64,000 bases of DNA from Candidatus Levyibacteriota bacterium (GTDB lineage Bacteria; Patescibacteriota; Microgenomatia; Levybacterales; UBA12049), in the NCBI GenBank assembly GCA_016180725.1, contig JACPAR010000005.1:22654-86653 (forward strand), given 5' to 3'. The notes beneath the pieces were generated by a model, which saw only the letters and a program-made list of their open reading frames with translations, had not been told where the DNA came from and searched no databases. Positions 1 through 10,849 of the stretch are shown here, piece after piece. A program made the position numbers and the translations under genes. Numbering within the stretch: position 1 is the stretch's first letter; each line of letters starts with the position of its first letter.

Positions 1-753
1 CCCACACCCTTACCAACCCTTATACCTACAAAACCTCCATCAACAAATAATGTGCCACCTGCCGCAGGCTACAGCAGACAAACTGTACAAACTGATACCG
101 GCGCATTTATAGTTGATATTATTTCTGCTGATTTAAACTCTACCCGCGTAATTGTAGACACAGCATCCGATTCTGACTGTTTAAATAACTGCCCAACGCT
201 TTCTCTTTCTACATACGCAGGCAGAAACAGTGCGTTCGCCGGTATAAATGGCTCTTTCTTCTGCCCGACCGAATATCCTGATTGCGCCGGTAAAACAAAT
301 TCTTTTGACACTCTTCTTATGAATAAAAATAAAGTCTATTTCAATTCTGCAAACAATGTTTACAGCACAGTGCCGGCAGCAATTTTTAAAGATAATTGGG
401 CCCGTTTTGTTGAAAAATCTCTTGAATGGGGAAGAGACACAAGCGTAGATAGCGTTATTGCAATGCAACCGCTGCTTGTTTTTAATAACCAAATAGTTTA
501 CAACGGAGGCGACAATGGGAAATTTAACAGTAAAGGCCTTCGCAGCTTTATAGGCGCTACGGGAAACACTGTTTATATTGGCATTATATCCAATGCAACC
601 ATGAATGATTCTGCCCGAGTCCTACATGCGCTAAGCATAACTAATGCGCTTAATCTTGATGAAGGCGGATCAACAGCTTTGTGGTATGGCGGAAATTATA
701 TCTTTGGACCAGGAAGAAATATTCCAAACGCCGTACTTTTTGTCAGAAAATAA
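1..753 (+). CDS. Phosphodiester glycosidase (NAGPA-like) family exported protein, 5' partial
   Basis: Frame is open from position 1 (P/T-rich linker); motifs AGINGSFF, RSFIG, ALNLDEGGST, RNIPNAV. Confidence 0.8.
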   Translation, partial: PTPLPTLIPTKPPSTNNVPPAAGYSRQTVQTDTGAFIVDIISADLNSTRVIVDTASDSDCLNNCPTLSLSTYAGRNSAFAGINGSFFCPTEYPDCAGKTNSFDTLLMNKNKVYFNSANNVYSTVPAAIFKDNWARFVEKSLEWGRDTSVDSVIAMQPLLVFNNQIVYNGGDNGKFNSKGLRSFIGATGNTVYIGIISNATMNDSARVLHALSITNALNLDEGGSTALWYGGNYIFGPGRNIPNAVLFVRK

Positions 754-773
754 AAGAAGGAGGTGAATAAATT

Positions 774-851
774 ATGGTAAAAGAATTTGTTCGCAAAATT
801 CTAGAAATATTCGGAGTAAAAAAACCAACCTACGCAAAAGTAAGAGCATAA
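774..851 (+). CDS. Putative 25-aa basic micro-protein MVKEFVRKILEIFGVKKPTYAKVRA
   Basis: SD AAGGAGGTGA at 757-766, ATG at 774, TAA at 849-851; too short for the ORF track. Confidence 0.5.
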   Translation: MVKEFVRKILEIFGVKKPTYAKVRA

Positions 852-947
852 TTAAAGTAATTGATAATGTAAGAAACCTCTGTCTTACATATTTTTAGCA
901 TCAATCTTACACTGTATAGCTTAAATCTACTTTACAATTAAGCTCTT

Positions 948-3251
948 ATGTCAATGTTCTTACATATTCTAATAAAAAACAAAAAGGAGCTTATACTTGC
1001 CTCTTTTGCAATGTTCCTTTTTTTGCTTTTTATTCCGGTATTTACTTATGCCTACTTTGCAAAAGACTTAACAACTAAAGATATTATTATGAACAGAAAT
1101 GATACAGGTGTAACTATATTGGATCAAAATGACCGACCATTTTTTACTTTTTATCAAGCAAAAAATAAAGAGTTTGTTCCGCTTAATGATATTCCAAAAT
1201 ACACGCAAGAAACAGTGATCTCAACTGAAGATCGCGATTTTTATTTTCACCCCGGCTTTTCTATTAGAGGAATAATCCGTTCATTTATTGAAAACATAAG
1301 ACAAAGAAGTATTGTGTATGGAGGATCAACAATAACACAACAATTAGTAAAAAATGTTTTACTTAATCCCAGCAAGAGCTTTTTAAGAAAATATCAAGAA
1401 ATTGTTCTTGCCCAAGAAATTGAACGCCGCTATAAAAAAAATGAAATCTTAGAAATGTATTTAAACTCCGTATACTTTGGAGAAGGAGCTTTTGGGATAG
1501 AAGACGCAGCTCAAGTTTATTTTGGAAAAAAAGCAAAAGATTTAACGCTTGCGCAGTCCAGCCTTCTTGCCGGTTTACTTCCGGCTCCCTCATATTTATC
1601 TCCTTTGTCTGGAAATAGAGCAGAAGCAATAAACAGACAAAAAATTGTTTTGGAAAAAATGCTTGAACAAAAATATATAACAAAAGATCAAAAATATAAG
1701 GCAGAAAACGAAAAATTAGTTTTTCGCTCACCAAAAGAAGGAATTAATGAATTTGCTCCCCATTTTGCCCTAATGGTTAAAGACGAACTCGTAAATAAAT
1801 TCGGTGAGGAATATATTTCCAGATCCGGTTTTAGGATAAAAACAAGTCTCAATCTAGACTGGCAGGAATATGCAGAAAAAGTGGTAAGTGATCAAGTAGA
1901 TAAACTTGCGCCTAACAGAGTAACAAATGGAGCAGCTGTTGTAATGGATCCAAAAACAGGAGAAATTAAAGCACTTGTTGGGAGTAAAAACTGGCATGAC
2001 AGTAAATTTGGTAAAGTTAACATAGCAATATCTTTAAGACAACCTGGGTCCGCATTTAAACCTATTGTCTATGCTTCGGCATTCGAAAGACATCTTATTA
2101 CTCCCGCAACCATTCTAAAAGATCAACCTATAACCTATCCGGGAAATTACAGCCCAAAAAACTTTGACCGAAAATTCAGGGGACAAGTTACCGTAAGACG
2201 TGCCCTTGCAAACTCTTTAAACGTTCCGTCTGTTCAGATCATGTCAAAAGTTGACATACCAGACGCTATAGAAATGGCTACAAGATTAGGCATTACAACT
2301 TTAGATGACCCATCCAATTATGGCTTATCACTTGTTTTAGGAGCAGCCGAAGTAAAACCTTTAGAACTAACTAATGTTTACGGCACGTTTGCAAATCAAG
2401 GCATAAAAAATACGCCAACTGCAATACTAGAAATACAAGATAAGCGTGGCCAGATTGTGTATAAATATCATCCTCAGAATAAAGAGGTCCTGGACCCAAA
2501 ATATTCATTTTTAATATCTTCAATTCTTTCTGATAACAAAGCAAGAGCTGAGGAATTTGGAAATCTCCTGGACATATCAAAACCGGCTGCAGTTAAAACA
2601 GGAACTAGCGAAGATTTTAGAGATTCATGGACCGTTGGCTATACTCCATCTTTAGTAATTGGTGCTTGGGTTGGAAATAACGATAATTCCCCTATGGATA
2701 ATATCGCTGGCTCCCTAGGCGCTGCTCCAATTTGGAAAGATTTGATGGAAAGATTTTTATCCGATAAACCAATTGAAAATTTTGTGAAACCTCCTGGTAT
2801 AATTGCTATCCCGTATGTGTGTGTACCTTTTAAAATATCAACACCGTCTTCATCTATGGAGTTTTTTGTAAAAGGGACTGAGCCTAATAAAGACTGTACT
2901 TTGCAAAGCCCAACTATTGTTCGACCAACCACATCAACTAATCCTGTATCGGCTACACCTCTACCCACTGTGTCACCAATTCCATCCTCGCCTACTGTTG
3001 CACCTTCTCTGTCCCCAACCCACCCTATTCCAACTCATACGTTCGTCCCGTCGAATACACATATTCGCAGCAATACTCACAGAAACAAACGCAGCTTTAA
3101 ATTAGATTCTTTTCTTACGGAATTCTTACCATTTTTTAAAGTTACTCTTACAGCTCAAGAACACAATGATTATAAGAATTATATGGAAAAAATATTAACA
3201 TCGACTAATATTTATGAATCAATTAAAAAAAGCTCTAATCTACAGATATAA
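948..3251 (+). CDS. Class A penicillin-binding protein (transglycosylase/transpeptidase, PBP1A family)
   Basis: EDRDFYFHPG, GGSTITQQLVKN, RKYQE, EMYLN; SAFK, SLN and KTG motifs; P/T-rich tail. Confidence 0.95.
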   Translation: MSMFLHILIKNKKELILASFAMFLFLLFIPVFTYAYFAKDLTTKDIIMNRNDTGVTILDQNDRPFFTFYQAKNKEFVPLNDIPKYTQETVISTEDRDFYFHPGFSIRGIIRSFIENIRQRSIVYGGSTITQQLVKNVLLNPSKSFLRKYQEIVLAQEIERRYKKNEILEMYLNSVYFGEGAFGIEDAAQVYFGKKAKDLTLAQSSLLAGLLPAPSYLSPLSGNRAEAINRQKIVLEKMLEQKYITKDQKYKAENEKLVFRSPKEGINEFAPHFALMVKDELVNKFGEEYISRSGFRIKTSLNLDWQEYAEKVVSDQVDKLAPNRVTNGAAVVMDPKTGEIKALVGSKNWHDSKFGKVNIAISLRQPGSAFKPIVYASAFERHLITPATILKDQPITYPGNYSPKNFDRKFRGQVTVRRALANSLNVPSVQIMSKVDIPDAIEMATRLGITTLDDPSNYGLSLVLGAAEVKPLELTNVYGTFANQGIKNTPTAILEIQDKRGQIVYKYHPQNKEVLDPKYSFLISSILSDNKARAEEFGNLLDISKPAAVKTGTSEDFRDSWTVGYTPSLVIGAWVGNNDNSPMDNIAGSLGAAPIWKDLMERFLSDKPIENFVKPPGIIAIPYVCVPFKISTPSSSMEFFVKGTEPNKDCTLQSPTIVRPTTSTNPVSATPLPTVSPIPSSPTVAPSLSPTHPIPTHTFVPSNTHIRSNTHRNKRSFKLDSFLTEFLPFFKVTLTAQEHNDYKNYMEKILTSTNIYESIKKSSNLQI

Positions 3252-4833
3252 CCCAATAAATAAAAATCCTAAAAGATCACCCCAAAACAACGGTTACCAT
3301 AAACACAAAGATAAATTAAACCACGACAACCTAGAAAACCTAAAAAAAGAAGTTAAAAAGTTAAAAAAAACCGTTAGATCTCTTGAAGATAGCCAAAGAA
3401 ACTACAAAAAAATTTTTGAAAATAGCCCAACGGGTGTTTACAGAACTTCACCTGATGGAAAAATCCTTATGGCAAATACCGCTATTATTAAAATGTTTGG
3501 ATATCTGCCATCCAAAAAATTATCAGATTATAACTTAGAAGAAAATTGGCATAGTTCTTTTCCACGCAGCAAATTTAAAAAAATCATTGCTGAAAAAGAT
3601 GAAATAAAAGGTCTTGAATATGCATGGGAAAAACAGGACAACACTATAATTTTTTTGCGCGAGAATGCAAGAACGGCAAGAGATAAAAACGGAAATATTC
3701 TATATTATGAAGGGACAATTGAAGATATTACAAAACAAAAACTCGCAGAAGAACAATTAGAAAAAAGCGAAAAACGTTTTCGCGCACTTATCGAAAAAAC
3801 TTCAGACGCAATTACGCTCATAGATGCAAAGGGAAAAAATTTATACGCTAGTCCGTCAACCAGCCGTATTTTAGGATACACTCCAGAAGAGTTTCTTAGG
3901 CAAAAACCTTTTTCTCTAGTCCATCCTGACAATCAAAAATTTATAGACAATTTATTATCGGAATTGATAAAAACTCCAAACAAAAGCATGTCCGGACAAT
4001 ACCGCCTAAAGCATAAAAATGGCTCGTGGCGATGGGTGGAATTTGTTGCAACTAATTTATTGGGGGAACCAAGCGTAAAAGCAATTGTAATCAATTACTA
4101 CGACATTACAGAACGCAAAAATTTAGAAAAAAGGAAAGATGAATTCTTAAGCATTGCAAGTCATGAATTAAAAACCCCCTTAACAAGCATAAAAGCTTTT
4201 GCTCAAGTCTTACAAAAACATTTTGAAAAACTTGGAGATAAAAAATCTGCTCAATATCTTGTTAAAATGGACGCGCAACTTACTAAGCTTACAGAGCTTA
4301 TCCATGACTTACTAGATGTTAGTAGAATTCAAGACGGAAAGTTAATTTTTAAAATAATCAATTTCAACTTAGATGAGTTAATAAACGAAATAATAGAAGA
4401 AATGCAACGTACAACAATTCAACATCATATAATTAAAAAAGGGAAAATAACAAAAAATATTTTTGCAGACAGGGAACGCGTAGGACAGGTAATTATAAAT
4501 TTATTATCAAATGCAATAAAGTATTCTCCTAACTCAGCTACTATTATTGTTAATATCTCTGAGGATAAACAAAACGTTACCATAAGTGTACAGGATTTTG
4601 GAATAGGTATTTCTAAAGAAAATCAAAAAAAAGTTTTTGAAAGATTCTTTAGAGTAGAGACCCCATACGGAGAAATGTTTCCAGGTCTTGGAGTTGGCTT
4701 ATATATTTCAGCTCAAATAATTAAACGGCACAAAGGAAAAATTTGGGTAAAAAGTAAAAAAAGAAAAGGTTCCACCTTTTATTTTAAATTACCAATTTCA
4801 TTAAAAAATGATAATATAGATAATAATGAATAA
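3214..4833 (+). CDS. Cytoplasmic PAS-PAS sensor histidine kinase
   Basis: Two PAS/PAC domains; H-box SHELKTPLT, N-box NLLSNAIKY, DFGIGI, GLGVGL. Confidence 0.93.
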   Translation: MNQLKKALIYRYNPINKNPKRSPQNNGYHKHKDKLNHDNLENLKKEVKKLKKTVRSLEDSQRNYKKIFENSPTGVYRTSPDGKILMANTAIIKMFGYLPSKKLSDYNLEENWHSSFPRSKFKKIIAEKDEIKGLEYAWEKQDNTIIFLRENARTARDKNGNILYYEGTIEDITKQKLAEEQLEKSEKRFRALIEKTSDAITLIDAKGKNLYASPSTSRILGYTPEEFLRQKPFSLVHPDNQKFIDNLLSELIKTPNKSMSGQYRLKHKNGSWRWVEFVATNLLGEPSVKAIVINYYDITERKNLEKRKDEFLSIASHELKTPLTSIKAFAQVLQKHFEKLGDKKSAQYLVKMDAQLTKLTELIHDLLDVSRIQDGKLIFKIINFNLDELINEIIEEMQRTTIQHHIIKKGKITKNIFADRERVGQVIINLLSNAIKYSPNSATIIVNISEDKQNVTISVQDFGIGISKENQKKVFERFFRVETPYGEMFPGLGVGLYISAQIIKRHKGKIWVKSKKRKGSTFYFKLPISLKNDNIDNNE

Positions 4834-5185
4834 AAAAATACTAGTTGTTGATGATGATCTTGCTATATTAGAGGTTATTAAACTTATATTAGAAGAACAG
4901 GGTTATAAAGTTATCGTTACCAGTGATGGAGGAAAAGTTCAGCAGAAAATAAACGAAGATTTCCCCGATTTAATTCTACTTGATTTTTGGTTATCCGGAC
5001 AAGACGGACGTAAGATTGCAAAATATCTAAAGACCCAAGAAACTACCAGAAATATTCCTATCGTTATGATATCGGCAAATCATGAACCGGAAAAAATAGC
5101 AAGAGACGTCGACGCGAATGATTTTTTAGCAAAACCTTTTGATATTGATGATTTAGTAATGATAGTAAAAAAATATACGGAATAA
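4826..5185 (+). CDS. Single-domain response regulator (receiver)
   Basis: ILVVDDD, DLILLD, ISA, KPF; overlaps the kinase stop. Confidence 0.93.
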   Translation: MNKKILVVDDDLAILEVIKLILEEQGYKVIVTSDGGKVQQKINEDFPDLILLDFWLSGQDGRKIAKYLKTQETTRNIPIVMISANHEPEKIARDVDANDFLAKPFDIDDLVMIVKKYTE

Positions 5186-5216
5186 ATTCAGCCTTTTTTA
5201 ACCTACGCACCCAGAG

Positions 5217-5585
5217 CTACCCAAAAAACTTTACAATATAGGGAATAAAAACAAGAACACCGACAATTACTGATCCTATTACTGTTAATAATACCATTCC
5301 TGCTGCCACATCCTTAGCAATCTTTGCTTGTTTTCTATGATCAATTGAGATTAGATCAACCATTTGCTCAATAGCGCTATTGATCATTTCTGCACAAATT
5401 ACTAAAAGTATTACTACACCAAGAATTCCTTTTTCAAAAGAACTAACACGAAAAATAATACTTGCAATCATAACAATAACCGCAACTGCAGTATGTATAC
5501 GAAGATTTTGATCATGGGTATAAACATATATAACTCCTTCTATGGCAAAACTAAAAGACTGAATTAATCTTTGAATATTTACCAT
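5217..5585 (-). CDS. dgkA: Diacylglycerol/undecaprenol kinase (DgkA family)
   Basis: SFSFAIEG, EMINSAIEQMVD, AKDVAAG; start trimmed to MVNIQ. Confidence 0.88.
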   Translation of the reverse strand: MVNIQRLIQSFSFAIEGVIYVYTHDQNLRIHTAVAVIVMIASIIFRVSSFEKGILGVVILLVICAEMINSAIEQMVDLISIDHRKQAKIAKDVAAGMVLLTVIGSVIVGVLVFIPYIVKFFG

Positions 5586-5587
5586 AC

Positions 5588-6181
5588 TTATTTTATTAAT
5601 AACATTTTTACTCCTATTAAAAAGGTTGATAACGTAATAATTATACCAAGTAACCCTCCGCACACAACCTCTGAAATTGTATGTTTTTTTAAATATAATC
5701 TTGCCCAAGAAATAAGTATAATTAACCAAAGCAATAAAAACATTTCTCGTCCGTATAAAATGTTCATAGAGATTACAAATGCAGAAGACACGGCAACATG
5801 AACACTCGCCTTAATATAACGGTTAACTCCCGCAAAAACTATAATACCAAAAATTATGCCAAGTGAAATAATAGACAGAGGAAAAAATACCCCTTTAAGC
5901 ATTAGAGACGCTATTAAATATGTAATTGTTAAAGCAAACAAAATGATATAAAACTTAAGTCTTTGTTCTTTTTTTGTTATATCAAAATCAGAAAAATCTC
6001 CTTCTATTGTTTCAAATAAAATTATCATTACCCCAAAAATTATAAAGACAGATGAAAACAACACCCATTTCATTGCATATAAACTACTATCCGTTTGTTT
6101 GTATATAACAAAAAAAGGCATTATGAGAAAAAACAAAACAGGATGGAAAAGAAATGAAAAAAATCTTGCAAATAATTTCAT
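5588..6181 (-). CDS. PAP2-like polytopic membrane protein
   Basis: Several TM segments; KASVH and WARLYLKKHT resemble PAP2 C2/C3 motifs. Confidence 0.6.
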   Translation of the reverse strand: MKLFARFFSFLFHPVLFFLIMPFFVIYKQTDSSLYAMKWVLFSSVFIIFGVMIILFETIEGDFSDFDITKKEQRLKFYIILFALTITYLIASLMLKGVFFPLSIISLGIIFGIIVFAGVNRYIKASVHVAVSSAFVISMNILYGREMFLLLWLIILISWARLYLKKHTISEVVCGGLLGIIITLSTFLIGVKMLLIK

Positions 6182-6185
6182 GCGT

Positions 6186-7415
6186 TTAATTTTTAAGCCT
6201 TTCCAATGTTTTTTCTTTTCCTAATATCTCTAATGTTTGCGGCAATGGTAAACCGCTGGTTTTACCGGTAAATATTTTATAAAAAATAGACATTTTTACT
6301 TTTTCACTTCCCATAAATTTTTTAAATACCGAAAATATTGCTTCGTTACTCCACTTATCTAGAATCGATAACTCTCGATAAAGTCTCTCTGCAATTTCTT
6401 TTTCTTCTTTGGTAAGACTAATATGCTGATCCTCCAAAAATGGAAAAGCAAGATCATAAAAGTCATTTAGGGTTGTTATTCTTGTTTGAGCAAGTGGTAC
6501 TAATTTTTGTATTAACGACTCATCAAGATAATTTTTTTTAATATTTAATATTTGATATTTGATATTTGATATTAATTCATCAGGCTTAGCTTGACGAATA
6601 TATACTCCATTCATCCATTCTAACTTTTTAACATCAAAAATTGGGCTTGCAGTATTTACATCTTTAAGATCAAATAATTTTATCATTTCTTCAATTGATA
6701 TAATTTCTCTATTCCCCCCCGGATTCCATCCCAAAAGTACCATAAAGTTAAGCAACGCTTCCTTAAGATAACCTTCATCTCTATAATCAAGCACCGATTT
6801 TGCACCGTGTCTTTTTGATAATTTTGTCTTATCCGGACCTAAAATAACAGGAAGATGAACAAATGTGGGAAGTTGCCAACCGAACGCGTTGTAAAGTTGA
6901 ATATGTTTTGGAGTTGAAGAAATAAATTCTTCTCCTCTTATCGCGTGGGAAATTTGCATAAGGTGATCATCTATAACATTTGCAAAATTGTAAGTTGGAT
7001 AACCATCAGATTTAATAATAACGAAATCTTCCTGCATACTATTGTCAAAAATAATTTCCTTTTTACCAATTTCATCAACCCAAGCAGTCCTACCTATCTT
7101 TGGCATTCTAAATCTAAATGCGCCCGAATCTTCGTAAGCAAAATTTTTATCGACCAGCTCACGCAGGTGTTTTTTATAAATTTCTAAACGATCTGACTGT
7201 TTATATTCTTCATCCCAATTAAGACCAAGCCATCTTAATATCTCATATATGGCCTTCTCGCTTTCCGGCACTAATCTTACTCTGTCGGTATCTTCTATAC
7301 GAAGAATAAATTTCCCGCTGTTTGCTTTTGCAAAAAGGAAATTATAAAGAGCAGTTCTTGTATTGCCTATGTGCGGAATTCCTGTTGGGCTTGGCGCAAT
7401 TCTTACTCTAACCAT
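6186..7415 (-). CDS. gltX: Glutamate--tRNA ligase (compact form)
   Basis: RIAPSPTGIPHIGN (HIGH), RIEDTD, KLSKR (KMSKS). Confidence 0.96.
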   Translation of the reverse strand: MVRVRIAPSPTGIPHIGNTRTALYNFLFAKANSGKFILRIEDTDRVRLVPESEKAIYEILRWLGLNWDEEYKQSDRLEIYKKHLRELVDKNFAYEDSGAFRFRMPKIGRTAWVDEIGKKEIIFDNSMQEDFVIIKSDGYPTYNFANVIDDHLMQISHAIRGEEFISSTPKHIQLYNAFGWQLPTFVHLPVILGPDKTKLSKRHGAKSVLDYRDEGYLKEALLNFMVLLGWNPGGNREIISIEEMIKLFDLKDVNTASPIFDVKKLEWMNGVYIRQAKPDELISNIKYQILNIKKNYLDESLIQKLVPLAQTRITTLNDFYDLAFPFLEDQHISLTKEEKEIAERLYRELSILDKWSNEAIFSVFKKFMGSEKVKMSIFYKIFTGKTSGLPLPQTLEILGKEKTLERLKN

Positions 7416-7456
7416 ACTCCTTGCATTGTACCCCAAACTTTTTCTATACTCAAGAC

Positions 7457-8503
7457 ATGCCAACTCTTCATAAAGTAAAAGAGGGTATAAAAACGTCTTT
7501 AAAATTTGGCGTATATTCTTTAATAATTCTTTCTATTTTTCTGGTATTGATTAATATTGGCAAAAATCTTAAAGAACGTTTTTTCCCCACGCCTCCCCCA
7601 CTGCCAACTGTCTCTTTTGGAAAAATTCCTCCAAATAATTTTCCTAAAAACGCAACAGATAAAAATTTAACTTATACATTAAACACAGTTTCCGGAACAC
7701 TACCAACTTTTTCTGATAAAGCAAAGGTTTATAAGATTTTCCAACCGGAACCCACTCTTCTATCGCTTAAAAGGGCTCAGGAAAGTGTAGGAAAAATTAG
7801 TTTTACTTCACAACCTATAGCTCTTTCAGAAAGTATCTACCAATGGACAAATAATGATAATCTCTCTAGAAAAATTATCTTCAACATTACTTCTTTAAAT
7901 TTTAATTTATCTACAAATTTTCTTTTAACTAATCAAAATCTTTTAACTAATAAATATTTGGACGGAGCTGGTGCAAAAGATAAAGCGCAATCTTTTTTTT
8001 CCACCATGGATTCTTTTCCTGATGATATTGACTTAGCACAAACAAGAACATCTTTATTTGCGGTTGAAAACGGCGAACTTGTACCCGCCACGAGTTTATC
8101 CAATGCGACAATAGTCCGTGTTGATTTTTTTCAAAAAGATTTAGACAACATTCCCATTTTTTATCCCAACCCCTCTTTCTCTCTAATTCATGCTCTTCTA
8201 ACCGGATCTGAACCGCAAGGACAAATTATAGAGGCGAGTTTTTTTCATCATAACATAAGCAATAAAACAGCAACTTATCCTATAAAAACAGCAAATGAAG
8301 CTTTTTCGCAATTAAAAAAAGGCAATGCCTACATTGCTTCCTATAATGGCCCATCTAATGAAGCGGTAATTAAAAATGTTTTCTTGGGTTACTACTTAAA
8401 CGATAAGGAACAAGATTATTTAACACCGATTATCATTTTTCGAGGAGATTATAATTTTTTTGCTTATGTTGAGGCAATAAAAGATGATTGGATAGCTAAA
8501 TAA
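7457..8503 (+). CDS. Membrane-anchored hypothetical protein (possible YycH/YycI-like fold)
   Basis: One N-terminal TM; C-terminal YPIKT..EAF..L..LGYY..YLTP pattern; ATG 6 nt after TATACT. Confidence 0.6.
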   Translation: MPTLHKVKEGIKTSLKFGVYSLIILSIFLVLINIGKNLKERFFPTPPPLPTVSFGKIPPNNFPKNATDKNLTYTLNTVSGTLPTFSDKAKVYKIFQPEPTLLSLKRAQESVGKISFTSQPIALSESIYQWTNNDNLSRKIIFNITSLNFNLSTNFLLTNQNLLTNKYLDGAGAKDKAQSFFSTMDSFPDDIDLAQTRTSLFAVENGELVPATSLSNATIVRVDFFQKDLDNIPIFYPNPSFSLIHALLTGSEPQGQIIEASFFHHNISNKTATYPIKTANEAFSQLKKGNAYIASYNGPSNEAVIKNVFLGYYLNDKEQDYLTPIIIFRGDYNFFAYVEAIKDDWIAK

Positions 8504-8506
8504 AAC

Positions 8507-9565
8507 TTATTTTGCTTGATTAGAAAATAAAGAACTTGCATTTACATAAGTTATTTTACCGCTAATAAGAGATAATAATTTTTCTGTATCATCAAACCTA
8601 TCCTGACTTTTCATAACAACGATAATAAACAAGTGGCCATTTTCCATTTTTGCCGTTGTCAAAACTCCACCGGCTTCATCTGTAAATCCTGTTTTTATGC
8701 CTCTTACTCCGTCTATTCCTAATAGTTTATTTAAATTGTGAATTTCATATAGTTTTGTACCTTCTATATTAGAAATTACCGCTCGTTGAGTTGCGACAAC
8801 CTTAGCTAATACCAGGTTTTTCATTACAATTGAAGAAAGTCTTGCTAAATCAAGTACTGTTGTGTAGTCTCCTTCATCTTCCAGTCCCGCAGAATCGGAA
8901 AAATGAGTATGAATTAAATTAAAAGCCTGTGCTTTATCATTCATCTTTTCAATAAATGCAGATTCTCCTCCTGGGTAATTTTGCGCTATAGCAATTGCAG
9001 CATCATTGCCGGAAGGCAAAAGCATTGCGTATAGTAAATCTTTAAATGAAAGCTTTTCTCCTTTTTTAAATCCTACAACAGCACCTTTAACGTTACCAGT
9101 CTTAATTGTTAAAATGTCATTCATGTTATAAAAATCTAGCGCTGTTAAAGCTGTCATAATTTTTGTTGTCGAAGCCATAGAAAAACGAAGGTATGCATTT
9201 TTTGAAAATAAAACAACTTTCGACTGATCGTCCATAATAACTGCTGCTTTAGCAGAAATATCCGGTTCTGATTTGCTTATTGAAAAATTGTTTGAACTCT
9301 TTACTCCAAGAACATCCCCCGATTTTACAGGATATGGAGCAAATACCAAATTAGTAAAAGAGGGGTTAGATAACTTATTATTTTCTATTTGCTTTTTTAA
9401 GGTTGTGTTTACTAAAATGAGATTAGCCAACAAGAAAAACAACGCTAATGGGGGTAGATAAAGATAATACTTTTTAAAATCTCTGGCATGAAAATCATTT
9501 AAAAATTTTTTGCACAGTAAGAAATTTTTCTTAAGCTTTTTTATTAAGAGTAGATAATCTTTCAT
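8507..9565 (-). CDS. D-alanyl-D-alanine carboxypeptidase (peptidase S11)
   Basis: ASTTK, SGN and KTG motifs; start uncertain. Confidence 0.9.
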   Translation of the reverse strand: MKDYLLLIKKLKKNFLLCKKFLNDFHARDFKKYYLYLPPLALFFLLANLILVNTTLKKQIENNKLSNPSFTNLVFAPYPVKSGDVLGVKSSNNFSISKSEPDISAKAAVIMDDQSKVVLFSKNAYLRFSMASTTKIMTALTALDFYNMNDILTIKTGNVKGAVVGFKKGEKLSFKDLLYAMLLPSGNDAAIAIAQNYPGGESAFIEKMNDKAQAFNLIHTHFSDSAGLEDEGDYTTVLDLARLSSIVMKNLVLAKVVATQRAVISNIEGTKLYEIHNLNKLLGIDGVRGIKTGFTDEAGGVLTTAKMENGHLFIIVVMKSQDRFDDTEKLLSLISGKITYVNASSLFSNQAK

Positions 9566-10803
9566 CGACTCGCTCCATATCTCTTGGAAACAACGAAGCT
9601 TCACGAATATTAGGCAGATCCAAAATATGCATTGTTATACGCTCCAGTCCGAAAGAAAAACCTCCTTCAGGCGGCATACCATATTTAAACGCCATTAAAT
9701 ACATGGCAAAATCTTTAGGGTTCATGCCCCTGTCTCTTATCGCCTCGACTAACTGATTATAATCATTTATTCTCTGACTGCCACTTAAAATCTCAACGCC
9801 CCTGAATAATAAATCGTAACTTAAAGAATATTCCGGATTTTTTGGATCAGGCATTGTATAAAACGCGCGTTTTTTTGTGGGAAAATGGGTAATTGTTACA
9901 AAATCTGTATTATGCTTTTCTTTTGCCCATTTACAAATATCAATTTCATCCTGAGGCATTAAGTCTTTTTCTTTTCGGTTATCTCTACCAAACTGCTTAT
10001 AAATAATTTCTTGCGCTTCGCGTAAAGCTAACCTTGGGATTTTTCCAGAAGCTACTTTTTCTAATTTAAATTCAGAAAATATATCAGCGCATTCTTTTTC
10101 TACATGTTTAAGCATATCAACAGCTACTTTTTCTAGCAAATCTAACAACTCCCCAAAACCAACAAAGCCAAATTCACAATCCAGTTGCGTTGTCTCGGAT
10201 TTGTTTGTAAAGCTGCGGGCTTTGGGTTAAAAAAGCTTTGTAGTCATAATAATCAACTCTAAATACTTCGCTTCCTCCCTCTGTAGAAGATGCTGCAATG
10301 GTAGGTACAAAAATTTCTGTGCAATCTAAGCTCTTTGCAGCTTTTCTAAATCCTTCTAAAACTTCTGCCTGAACTTTAAAAATTGCTTTTATTTTAGGAT
10401 GGCGAAGAGTTAAAGATCTGTAATCAAGAAGCGTTGGCAATTGTAACTCCAAATCTTTTCCTCCCATATCAAAAGGCAGCGCTTCTGCTTTTGAAAGTAC
10501 ATTTACACTGGTTGCCTCAATTTCGATAGTGCCAGTTACGTTTGAAGGATTAATGTATCGTTCTTCCCTTTTTTTAACTTTTCCGCTAACTTCTACCACG
10601 TCTTGTTGTCCTAAAGCAGCAATGGTACTTGCTAATGCCTCTGTTGTTCCGACTACTTGAATAAACTCCAGACGGTCTCTTAAATCAAAAAAAGCTATCT
10701 TACCGTGGCTGCGCACAGTCTGTATCCATCCATAAAGTTTTACCTCTTGACTAACCTTTTGCAAACACTCAACAGTAAGGGTTCTTTTTGAAAATTCGTC
10801 CAT
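9531..10803 (-). pseudogene. aspS: Archaeal-type/non-discriminating aspartate--tRNA ligase, broken by an internal deletion and frameshift near 10198-10202
   Basis: OB-fold and QSPQLYKQI in one frame; SETTQLDCEFGF...SGSQR...PPEGGFSFGLER in another; motif 2 (RAE..RH) missing. Confidence 0.8.
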
Positions 10804-10849
10804 ATATCTGGTAAAATATCTTTATACATAATACATTGATTTTACTGTC

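Noticed and set aside
3050-3251. Odd C-terminal extension of PBP1A overlapping the kinase
   Set aside because: May be a tail frameshift or readthrough; cannot be resolved without orthologues and has low functional weight
10174-10205. Programmed frameshift in aspS
   Set aside because: Essential motif 2 sequence is physically absent, so recoding cannot restore the protein
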